A DNA stretch of 63,250 nucleotides, counting the filler, from Ionaspis alba (lineage: Eukaryota), in the NCBI GenBank assembly GCA_964255285.1. It is 2 parts of 2 records of this genome, joined end to end, with 100 filler letters (N's around TTAATTAATTAA, not from the genome) between each part and the next. Parts side by side here need not be neighbours in the genome. Positions count along the whole stretch, not along the records: positions 1 to 31,596 come from CAXUUL010000108.1; positions 31,697 to 63,250 come from CAXUUL010000109.1. One strand, 5' to 3'. A program made the translations under genes and the position numbers. This document shows, in pieces, positions 25,118 to 37,492 of the stretch (within the stretch, counting starts at the first letter, position 1; the number at the start of each line of letters is the position of its first letter). The notes beneath the pieces are model-generated. The model saw nothing but the letters and a program-made list of their open reading frames with translations. It was not told where the DNA came from and ran no database searches.

Positions 25118-26738
25118 ATGGGACACTAAGGTGAGAAGTGCAATCTCTCATATCTCGCCAGGGAGTGGCTCAGGATCATAAACGGGCTCCTGACTGTAGA
25201 GAATCCCGAGCCAGCTCTAAGGGAGCCCGAAAAAGCAAACACGTGTGAACGGGGCACGCTAGATATGCAAAATCAACCGTCTCACAAAACAGAGGTTCAA
25301 ACCTCAAGTTTCTGCAGCATTTGGTTCGGTATCGATCTGGATACATACATCCTGCATCGCTCCTTGAGTGGAGTTACTAGGTCGACATGATGGCGGGTGC
25401 TCGAGAAACCCGCCTGACTTTGGCACTGCCGCGAGTAAAAAAACACGATTACCGTGGCGAACAGTCCGCGCAAATCCTCCAATGGATCGACCCACGGCGA
25501 AAAAAAGCTAGCAACTCCTCCTAGGCAGACCATCATCGCAAACTAAGCCTCACTCGCTTTGCTCGACATCAAGATTTGCTGCCAGATCTAAGAGTATAAG
25601 ATTGATCACAAACATAGCCGTTCCTCAGGTAATTTCAAAGCTATATGTAAGATAGGAAAACTTCGTGCAGCCTCGCAAACAGGCTTCTCGTCTCAAGCAG
25701 GCTCCTCGTCTCAGATGGGCTCCTCGTCTCAAACGGGCTCTCCATCCTAAGCTGAGCTTATGTCCTAAACCGGCACCACAACCTTACGTGTGAAGGTTTG
25801 AAATGAGTTCTGCATTCACTTAACCCCCTGGCTGCAGACTGGTACCCATTCCCCTGCAGACTTTCATGTCCAATCCTCCAAGACTCCGGTGACGAACAAC
25901 GACATCTCCGCTATGCGTCGAAAGAGCGACTTTTCGATATCACCTACCTCCTACCCTCCCTCCGTGATCTTGCGGGTGCTGAATCTAAAACGGCCAGCGA
26001 GAAGGTGCAAAGGACAAACCAATCGGGTAAAATGAAGGTCGGCCAGGTAGAGCAAAGTGAGATAGATAAAGCTTCTCGAAATAGGGTTGGCCCCTCAAGA
26101 AGCCGAATTGACAGCTATAATAAGGAAGCCTCTCACATCCGCTGCAGAGCACTGCTGACTCGTATGACTTGGACAAGGTTGCCAACAAGCTGCATGACTC
26201 GATCTTGGACGCAGTAAGGGACGATGAGAAGAATGGGCAGAAGATAGTTGACCTTCTCGGTAAGTATAAAGACAATTTCAACATAATCAGGAAGGTCATC
26301 ACAAAGAAAGTTGTTGACGACGCAGCGAAGAATGAAGCTTGTGGAAGGCAGATTATGACTATACTCCTCGACAAATTCAAAGGCGAGGTCTGCAAGAGTA
26401 TCTCGCTTGAGGTGATGAAGGCCACAGCAGGGAATTGGCAGTATGGAGCGCAGATTATGGAGAAGCTCCTTAACCTATGTGAAGACGTGGTCTGTGAGAA
26501 CATCTCTGTTGGAGCGTTATGCGCCGCAGCAGAGAATAAATGGTGTGGAGCGCCAATTTTGCACTTGCTTCTCAAGGCAAATAAAGAAAAGGTCAAGGGG
26601 CTCATTTGGGAAATCTTCCGCAGGGCCGACAAAGGCGAGGATTGGCCAGCCCGGGTCCGCCCGGGCCTCATCAAGATGTTAGAGAACATACGATGTCTCA
26701 TCGTATACGCGGTCACTAGTGGTAAGGAGGTAGGGTAA
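25118..26738 (+). pseudogene. Decayed gene whose 3' part encodes DUF7104-like helical repeats (type found at C-termini of fungal NLRs)
   Basis: ORF 26169-26738 has three ~37-39-aa units: ITKKVVDDAAKNEACGRQIMTILL / ISLEVMKATAGNWQYGAQIMEKLL / ISVGALCAAAENKWCGAPILHLLL. Upstream frames contain many TAA/TAG/TGA stops. Intron-like GTGAG...CTGAC..TAG at 25131-25199. The 5' boundary is tentative. Confidence 0.55.
25676..25756 (+). repeat. 18-bp imperfect tandem repeat (~4.5 copies)
   Basis: caaacaggcttctcgtct / caagcaggctcctcgtct / cagatgggctcctcgtct / caaacgggctctccatcc / taagctgag. Confidence 0.8.
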
Positions 26739-26800
26739 CCCCCTTCTGTAGCGCAGCGACGGTATGAGGTCGAGATTGAGCAGGGGTAGGGCTAGGTTTA

Positions 26801-27619
26801 GTTATGATTGCGTTGTGATTATGTTATGCTCTAAAAATATCCGTTCCCACCTATCAGACAAGATTTTAAACAACATAGTCGCTCTGCCGGTCAGGGATTC
26901 TATTAGTAGCCTTTGTAATGGGTTGAACCTGAGAAGAGTCTTGGTAAGGACCGGCGATGTCATTCAAGCTTTAGTCAGCATCGTTGCCCCGGAGACGAGG
27001 CGTACGACAAAGAATGAAGAGAGCGAGCTCTCTTCTTCTTCCTTCTCTTAAGATTCCTCCTTGTTACTAGGTAGACCTACTAGTTGCATGTCAAACACTA
27101 TCCAGAGCGCCAGCTTCTGGTCCACAAACGCCTCGTACCCGGTGCATTTGGAGGTGCGTCCAGCTTTGCCATCACTGAGGTTAACGAACAGACGGCCAAT
27201 ACCAGTGACGAGGTTTAGGAACTTCTAATATGTGGTCATCAATCGAGAGGCGAAAAGGTTTGTCGTGAGGCTGCGTAGCGGTCTTGCCAAGCTCCAGAAA
27301 AGTGTAACAAGGATGCAATTGGTAGTCCTCTGAATCATCTCCAGAGTCGTCCCCATCCACGAACAGTGGAATGGCAGCTTCACGCATGTAGAACGGGTGG
27401 CCCCCGAGCCAACTGCGCGTCTTTAGGTCGGCCAGTGATTTATGTTCGCGAACATCTTTGAAAAACTGCTCTACCATAGGTCGTCCCTTTAGCTTTACAT
27501 TGCGATCGTTTGTAATAGCTATATTGTAATCGCCAAAATCGATCTCATCGTCGGACGGATTGTCCAGGTAGTGTCGCTCCTTTCCTGAACGAAAAAATAA
27601 CGAGCGAAAGTTCGGGGTA
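26801..27619 (-). pseudogene. Hypothetical protein fragment with frameshift and stops, truncated by the assembly gap
   Basis: Protein-like ORF 27181-27477 continues in another frame (LSDGKAGRTSKCTGYEAFVDQKLALWIVFDMQ...EES*EKEEEE). No family recognised. Confidence 0.35.
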
Positions 27620-27719
27620 NNNNNNNNNNNNNNNNNNNNNNNNNNNNNNNNNNNNNNNNNNNNNNNNNNNNNNNNNNNNNNNNNNNNNNNNNNNNNNNNN
27701 NNNNNNNNNNNNNNNNNNN
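27620..27719. other. Assembly gap (100 N)
   Basis: Run of 100 N. Confidence 0.99.
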
Positions 27720-28116
27720 ATGGTCAAGAACTCGATGTTTTGGTAACCAGGCTGTCTCCTAGATGCTACTGAATCAGGATATGAGTCGTGAGCCAAATAG
27801 ATACCAACACATCCACCCTCTAGCCCGCAAACAGAAACACTTCTCTTCCTCCGGTACCAATATCCGGAGCATAACGCACAATCGCCTGGGAATCCCTACG
27901 AACCAACTTACCAATCTCAGGACGGTGGCCTGTTTTCCCGCCTCAACACCATCACTCCTCTTCCAACTGATCACCTTCTGATTCTCCACTCCTAACATCC
28001 CTGATGCATCCCTATATCGCCTATACATCCTCATGACGGCATATAAACACCAAACCAGACAACGCCCGTTGAAGCCCTTCCATGCACTTTTCCCGGAACA
28101 CCTTCCACCCACCCGT

Positions 28117-30381
28117 TCAATCCGGCATCATGAGTCCTTCCTCTCTCCCACTTCCCCCACCATAAGCATCTACCATATCCACATTCTCCTCACTAACGCC
28201 TCTTGTCCTCCTTAAATCCCCTTCCATCTCCGCCTCCTCTTCGCCCTCCTCCTCCTTCAGCCAACTCCTCCCCTCCCCCTCCTCCCCATCCTCAGCGGGA
28301 GGGGCAAAGTTCCAGATCTCCATAACCGTCCTACCCTGCCTATTTGCCAGTACTACACTCTTCTCCTCCTCGAATGCGACTCTCCAGACCTGCTCCGCAG
28401 GCTGACTCAGCTCTCTTATCAATCCTCCGGTTTTCAGATCCCAGATCTTGACCCGCCCATCGCTGCCGCCGCTTACGATTCGCGAGTCGTCGAACTGCAA
28501 TGAGGTGACACTATTGTCGTGGGCTGCGAGCCGGTGGATAGGGGTGTATGAAGTTAGCGACCAGACACGAACGGAGCCGTCGGAGCCACCGGTGACTAGA
28601 GTAGGGCCACGCATTTGCAACTGGCCTACAAGGGAGGTATGACCTTGAAGAATGGCTTGGCATGTTCTGTGGAGATATTTTAGCATATGTTCAAGGCTTC
28701 ATATTGGGAACAAAGGGGAGCTACTCACCCGTCGTAAGGATTCCAGATCCTGACGCTCGTGTCCAGACTACCCGTGGCGATGCGTACGCCGTCAAATACA
28801 ATGGCGTAGATCTGGCTGAAGTGGCCCTGCAATGTTCTGAGGCACTGGCCGGTCGAGATACTCCATATCTTAGCGGTTGTGTCGTAGCTGCCGGAGACGA
28901 CCAGATCACCATGGATCTCTAGGCAGCGAACGCTGGCTTGGTGCCCCATCAGGACTGCTTTGCAGGTTCCGGATGGTATATCCCAAACACGGAGAGTGGT
29001 ATCTCGAGAGCCGGATATCGCGGTGTGGGCATCGGCCATCTTAAGGCAGCGGACGGTAGAAGTGTGACCTCGCAGGGTGTGGACGCTTGCACTGTTCAAT
29101 TTATCAGCCCATCAGTCTTTTCGTCTCATTTCGTGAGCAGCTGAATAGCTCCATTCGTACCCTGTCGCCATATTCCAAACTCTCACATCTCGATCGCAGC
29201 CACCACTAACAAGTACATCACCCCATGGAACCGTCGCCCAGACGCCCATAACGTGCCCTTGTAGTGTTCTCTGATGGTTTCCTTGCCGATCGAAAACATG
29301 GATTTTCGCATTGTCCAGCGCAACCACAATATATTTCTTTGTCAAATGTAGACTCGTTACTACTCCTGGATCAGGAGTGACATGCCGTACGGTCATCTGC
29401 CCGCCTTTCCTCCATGCCGATTCCACCAGATATTTATGCTTGAAATGCGATCTATGCGTAGATTTTGGCCTGGTGCGCTTGAGGTTTCGAACGTGCTCTG
29501 CAGCCTTGCTTAGGAAAAAGACCTCATTCGGGTTCGAGCCGGGGATTGTAGGGGACGGTATACGTCTCGCGAGTGTAGGTTCGACGGTCTGGTCTGGGGA
29601 TGTAGCTCGAGGTAATTGGTCGAGGAAGTACTGGCTAGCAGCAGAAAAGGGGCTGGTAGTTGACATATTCGAGTCGCTCGACATCCTCCGGTATGCGTGC
29701 TTCTCACATAATGCCTTCCATGCTTGGTCATCGCTCAATATTTCCCGCCATCGTCGCGAAACTCGGGAGGCTCGGACAAATGTCCTTGGATCATCGACGA
29801 ATTCAAGTATCTATGAAAACATTAGCGCTCAGGTTGCTAGCCAAGCGTCAAGTTCTGCATACCCTAAAGCAAAGCTCATTGGGCAACGTCTGAAACGGAT
29901 CCTTCTTCAGCCGCGGGCTGACAAGCTGGTGTACATAATTCAACAGATGCGTATCAAAGGTGTCCACTATCGACGCCAGCCATGATTCTTTCCCTCCGAT
30001 ACTCAATCTACTGAACGCAAAGCTTGCATCCCGCAATACAGAGTCTTCATGGTCCTCAGCAGGATTATTCCATGCCGTTGATCTTTGATGAGGGGTAGGA
30101 CTGGGTGCCGGCGTTGGTGGAGATGCAGGTGCGGAGGGAAGGAGAGGGTTCGGAAGAGTCTGCGGCATTGAAGGCGGCACGCCGGTATTGGGAGTTAACG
30201 GAGGTTTAGGGTGGTGATGATGACGGATTGATTCTTTCCTTCGGGACGTCTGTCTGACTGATACGGGGACTGGCGGCAGTCGACCTGGAAGAAGCTCTTC
30301 ATCGTCAGAATCGCCAACCGGTTGCAGCAACCCTCTACCACCCCTCGACTCCATCTGATGCCCAAGCACAGGGGCAACCAT
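28117..30381 (-). CDS. F-box/WD40-repeat protein (Cdc4/SEL-10/FBXW7-like SCF substrate adaptor), spliced
   Basis: F-box: DPFQTLPNELCFR...RASRVSRRWR. WD40 repeats: LQGHVMGVW...SGGCDRDVRVWN, LRGHTSTVRCL...SGSRDTTLRVWD, SGSYDTTAKIWS, TGSLDTSVRIWN, TGGSDGSVRVWS, SGGSDGRVKIWD. Start (MVAPV at 30381) is uncertain. Confidence 0.88.
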
Positions 30382-31596
30382 TCTGCACGTATGTGTTGTG
30401 TACGGTGAGTGGGTCGTCCGGTTTGTCTGAAGAAGGCTGATCTGGACAAGTGAACCAAGGAATCTGCTGACTTGGCTTGCTCGTGACTCTTCTGCCCACA
30501 AATTCACCTCCGGAGACCCCTGCTACGGTTAAAGCGAGGCGATATGTTATTCTTCTGTCAGACGTCGTGGCTGATGTGCTGATTGTCAAACCCCCGAGCT
30601 GATTAATGCATGTAGTATAGCGAGTTGGCTTATAAGCCTCGCGGGATACTTCAAAGCGACCGCTCCTTTGGCGTGCCTGAGACTTGGCGATGGACAAATA
30701 TCTATATGAATGCTGTGTCAGGGCAGAGGTGACATCGGTGGTTCTGTCTTCGTGCTCTCCCTCAAGGTTGTCGTCGATCGTGCGACAGACGGAGATTTCC
30801 AATTGGAAGAGCAGCTGCGCGGTTGTGGCACGAAGGATCTCAAATCGGTCAGGGATCCTCACTGGGACACAGCAAGTATAGACGAGCCTCCGACCTTAAT
30901 TGTCAACCGCACCTCTCCTCCCTCTGGACCTATTCTGGAACTGTCACGACCTGAGCAGCTCCTGTGTCCTCCTTCTGTGGATGCTGCCAAGAAATAGCAA
31001 GATTGAACCGACAATCGTCTAGATGGCCAGGATTGATGAATGGAGATCGACCAGGGCCATTGACTTGCTATACGCCTTGGAGATTTGGATCTAGCAGTCT
31101 GTGCGATGCTCTTGTGAACATGTCAACACAAGGAGCCCATGAAAAGGATCAGCTTGCTTGGTTACTGTCCTGTGCCAATATGGAAGGCACTCTGCAGTCA
31201 GGAGGGCTGCCTTGGCGTGCAATGCCCCAGATGTTGACATCCAGATCTGGAGAATTTTGAATAGGAAAGGTTGGTATACCGATGGACTGTCTGCCTGGAG
31301 GTCTCCTTAGTATAGGTGAATGGAGCTGGTATGAAGAAATCCTCGCACTTGTTGCGATGAAGGAGGAGGATCGAGAGCTGAGGTTCTTCTTTCTGTTATA
31401 TCGATCTGGTTTCCTACCCTATTCCTTCTGCTGGATATCTTAAGGACTATCGAGCCCTACATACTCTCGAGCGCTACCAAGCACCGCGCCGTTTCGCGGT
31501 CGCAGTCCTTCTAGGTCTCCCTATTCTCCTTGTCTTTTACGTCGTCTGCTTGTCTCCTCCTCAACCACGTTCGTCAGCTTGTCTTCTCCTCAAACC

Positions 31597-31696
31597 NNNN
31601 NNNNNNNNNNNNNNNNNNNNNNNNNNNNNNNNNNNNNNNNTTAATTAATTAANNNNNNNNNNNNNNNNNNNNNNNNNNNNNNNNNNNNNNNNNNNN
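31597..31696. other. Artificial contig-joining spacer N44-TTAATTAATTAA-N44
   Basis: A 12-mer with stop codons in all six frames, centred exactly in a 100-bp N block. Confidence 0.95.
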
Positions 31697-32178
31697 TACC
31701 TCTTTTGTATTAGTTTTGACTCTGACTCTTGACTCTCCCTACGCGGATTGGAGCAGCCCTACTGATATTTGACAGGGATGGCATAAACTCTGGGCTAGGG
31801 GAGCACGAACAAATGCAGGGTGACGTCGTTTGCAGGGTGATGTGAAGTGGAGCCATTTCTGAAGTCTTTTCTGTTGGCTGTTGAGCAGCATGGATGTGTC
31901 TAAGGTCTCGGTCTTATTCGCAAAAGGCTTAATCCCCTCCATTGACTCGATTGAGAGACTGTCCCAAGCATTTGATGGTGGGGAAACAACAATTCCAAGC
32001 CCCGCCATCCACAGTTCTGTCTTAAGAGCATTTCTTGCTGTCCCTCATCTGGAGAACCATTAAATAGACCTCAGTTCAAATTGACTCCTTGATCTCATTG
32101 AAGCTTCAGAGGATCTACTTCAGATCAAAAGTCCCTAATATACCTCGCGTTTGACCTGAATAACGAAGTCGGCACAAC

Positions 32179-34587
32179 ATGGCCCTGAGCAACACGTCAG
32201 ACAACTCCGTGATGGGGGATCCTGGGAACGATAAAGTAGCTGCTGACGGCACCGGTATGTTGCTTCACGAAAATTCCATCCGACAGCCCGCTAAGGCAAT
32301 CAGGTGTTATACAGCTCGACCCATGGCTGTCGCCATTCAAGGATTCCCTCCGCAGTCGATTCGCCCATGCGCAGAAGTGGATCAGGACAATCAATGACAC
32401 AGAAGGTGGCCTGGAAAAATTCAGTCGAGGCTTCGAAAGATACGGGTTCATTGTGCACGACAACGGAGATATCACTTACCGGGAATGGGCTCCCAATGCA
32501 TTGAGAGCGTACCTTATTGGTGACTTCAGTATGTGCCCTCGAGGAATCTTCGCCGGAGTCTACCGAGTTCTAATGCTTCCGACAGATAGCTGGAATCGAG
32601 ATGCTACACCGATGACGAGAAACGATTTTGGGGTCTGGGAGGTCACCCTTCCTGCAAAGGACGGACAATTTGCTATTCCACATGGGACTAAAGTCAAGGT
32701 AAAGCTCAGCAGAACAGACTCGGACGAATAGACGAGACTGACCTGTGTAGATGTCCATGGTCATTCCCCACTCAGGAGAGCGCATCGAACGTATTCCCGC
32801 ATGGATCACAAGAGTTACGCAGGATATGGCAGTCTCACCAGTTTATGACGGGATCTTCTGGAATCCAACAAAGTCAGAGAAATATGTGTTTAAGAACAAG
32901 AAACCAGCCAAACCAGCGAGCGTTCGTATCTACGAAGCGCACGTGGGTATCTCGTCTCCGGAACTCCGCATCACCACATACAAAGAGTTCACTAAAAACG
33001 TCCTACCACGAATTCACCATCTGGGATACAATGTGATTCAATTGATGGCGATTATGGAGCATGCGTACTACGCAAGCTTTGGATACCAGGTCAACAGTTT
33101 CTTCGCGGCGAGCAGTCGATTTGGGACCCCAGAAGACCTCAAAGAACTGATTGACACAGCTCACGGGATGGGGATTACTGTACTGCTCGATGTTGTGCAC
33201 AGTCATGCCTCGAAGAACATTGCCGACGGGTTGAACGAGTTTGATGGCACTGATCATCTCTATTTCCATTCTGGGGCAAAAGGCCGACACGAGCTGTGGG
33301 ATAGCCGGTTGTTCAATTATGGACACCATGAAGTCTTGCGCTTTTTGCTATCGAACCTGCGGTTTTGGATGGACGAATACCAATTTGACGGCTTCCGATT
33401 CGATGGTGTCACGAGTATGCTCTACACTCATCATGGCATTGGAACGTAAGTATTACCCGTGAGAAAGCTGGTCTATGACTCACTCCGCTAGGGGCTTCTC
33501 TGGAGGATACCACGAGTACTTTGGTCCCAACGTTGACGAGGATGGTGTTGTCTACCTGATGCTCGCCAACGAGATGTTGCATCAGCTCTATCCAGACTGT
33601 ATCACGATTGCGGAAGACGTCTCGGGAATGCCTGCCTTGTGTTTACCGCTATCTCTAGGAGGAATTGGATTCGACTACCGTTTGGCTATGGCTATCCCTG
33701 ACATGTATATCAAGTGGTTGAAGGAGAAGGAAGATGGTGAATGGGATATGGGAGCGTTGGCTTTCACTCTCACCAACCGGCGGCATGGTGAGAAGACCAT
33801 TGCTTATGCAGAGAGTCATGACCAAGCGTGAGTCGGGTGCAAAACATTACAATTCGAGGCTGACAAATGACACTAGACTGGTTGGCGACAAATCACTTCT
33901 CATGTGGCTATGCGATAAGGAGCTTTATACCCACATGTCTACCTTGACAGAATTCACGCCGATTATCGAAAGGGGGCTCAGCTTGCACAAGATGATACGG
34001 TTGATCACTCACGGACTGGGTGGGGAGGGTTACCTCAATTTCGAAGGCAATGAATTCGGGCATCCAGAGTGGCTTGATTTCCCAAGGGCTGGAAACGACA
34101 ACAGCTTCTGGTATGCTCGTCGACAGTTCAACCTGACAGATGATAAGCTGCTACGCTACAAATTTCTCAATGAATTTGACAGTAAGATGCAATGGACAGA
34201 GGAGAAATACGGCTGGCTTCACTCGCCTCAAGCTTATATAAGTCTAAAGAATGAGCAGGACAAGGTGATTGTCTTTGAGAGGGCTGGTTTGTTATGGATC
34301 TTCAATTTCAACCCAACACAGAGCTTTGCGGATTACCGCGTTGGTGTGGAACAGAGTGGGACTTACCAAATCGTATTGGATACAGACGATACGGAATTTG
34401 GTGGCTTCGGACGCAATGTCAAGGGGACGAGGTTTTTCACAACACCGTTCGAGTGGAATGGTAGGAAGAATTTCATACAGGTGTACATTCCGAAACGAAC
34501 CGCTATTGTAAGTATTGTCACGGTCCTCTGCATTACAATTCATGTTAATAAGGATGGTAGGTCCTCGCTCTCGAATCTACTCTATGA
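32179..34587 (+). CDS. GLC3: 1,4-alpha-glucan branching enzyme (GH13), spliced
   Basis: [92 protein letters not shown]. Last exon VLALESTL* ends at 34587. Confidence 0.96.
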
Positions 34588-35191
34588 GGTTTGGATTTCC
34601 AGCAGTCTTACGTATTGTCGACCAGATCTGAGTATTAGATAAGACTTGGATTGCATTTGTTGTGACTATGTGAGGGATTTTGCTCTATTTGGTTGTGGCA
34701 ATAAGACGCGCTGACCACTGGTTACTCGTGGTCCACTTGGGAGGTTGTTGTATGATTAGAAATACGTGATCATCTGCCTGTACTGGTAAAGTACAAAATG
34801 TCTAACCGAAGGATCGTATATGGCTCTGACTCTGACTCAATACCAAAATCTCGTTTTGTTTAGGTGATTTATGCCCTCTTGCGTATGAGTAAGCTAAGCT
34901 GGGCTGTGTCTTTCGAGACGGGCCGTTTCGACCTGCCACGCCATGACGACTAGCGGCAACCTCCGAACCACGGACAGGATGACCCCACCATGCCTTCCTC
35001 AACATTCGCCCATACATAAAAAACCTCCGCCCCTCACATCATTACTCCATAACAATCATCCTACACGATCAAAATACCTTCTACGAGGAAAGAAACAACC
35101 TAAAAAGAAACTCAGATAGACAGGTATGCTACACAAAGCCCAAATGCTTTCATTCAAGCTCAAATACTGATTATCCCGCAAAGTCAACAAT

Positions 35192-36543
<1,352 letters not shown>

Positions 36544-37492
36544 AAATCAGGACGGACCACTCAATCTCGAAGTCGATTATGACAGAGAGCCAGTAAAATA
36601 CAGGAAGGGCTCGGCTTCTGTAGCTCCCTTGAACGTGAAAATACCTTTGGTGTTCTGTACATTGTATTGCCAGAATAAGTAGCGGTGTAGCTTTAGAATA
36701 GAATCGTCTATCGCTGCAGCCAATAGTCCTTCTGATCTCGTGATATCTTAAACATATGAGCCTTTGTAGCCCTTTCGATAAATACATCAAAAGTCGTTGT
36801 TCAAAATATTCAGACCGTTGGTGGTTAGAACATATACGCAAGGTTTTATCAACGGCAGACTGAGTTGTAGATTAAGCTAACCTCATTGAATCTAGCGCTA
36901 TTCTCAATAAGTAATGCAGGTATAAATGAATAGTTCTCTTGTGAATTCAGTCCATCACCATCTCTCCACTCTCTATCGTTTCCTCCTAGACAGCTCTCAT
37001 ATCTATTGAGTGGAAATTATTTGTTCCAAGGGAGCACTGTCTGTTTCATCTTTTCGCCTTGCTAATGTCTCACGAGCACGATACGCACCACGCGTGATAA
37101 TGTCCTTTCACTACCTCGCCGGAAATTTAGGTGAGCAATCGAATCAATAATGTAGGTACGTAAATGTTACTTGTTTTCTCGTATTCACGCCTCCTAAAAA
37201 CTTGAAGTGATTATTTTCTCACTGTTTGAATTTATTGCTCGCTGGTTGTCCTCCCATACATTTGGAGGATGCACGGCATGGTTCATTAACGAAGCACTTT
37301 CCATGGAAACATCGTGCCTCTATTCCTAGAAACCTTTGAAATTAGCAAGGAGTCGGTCGTTCTCAAATGTATATCGACTGACACAGGGGTTTCCAGTAAT
37401 GTTTTGTCAAGTAAGAACTTGACCCTTCTCGCCATTTCCCAGAGATCCGGTACCGGAATACAGGAAATCTTCAACACTGCAGCGAAAACCAT

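Noticed and set aside
31641..31652. TTAATTAATTAA as a biological palindrome
   Set aside because: Exactly centred in N runs; assembly spacer
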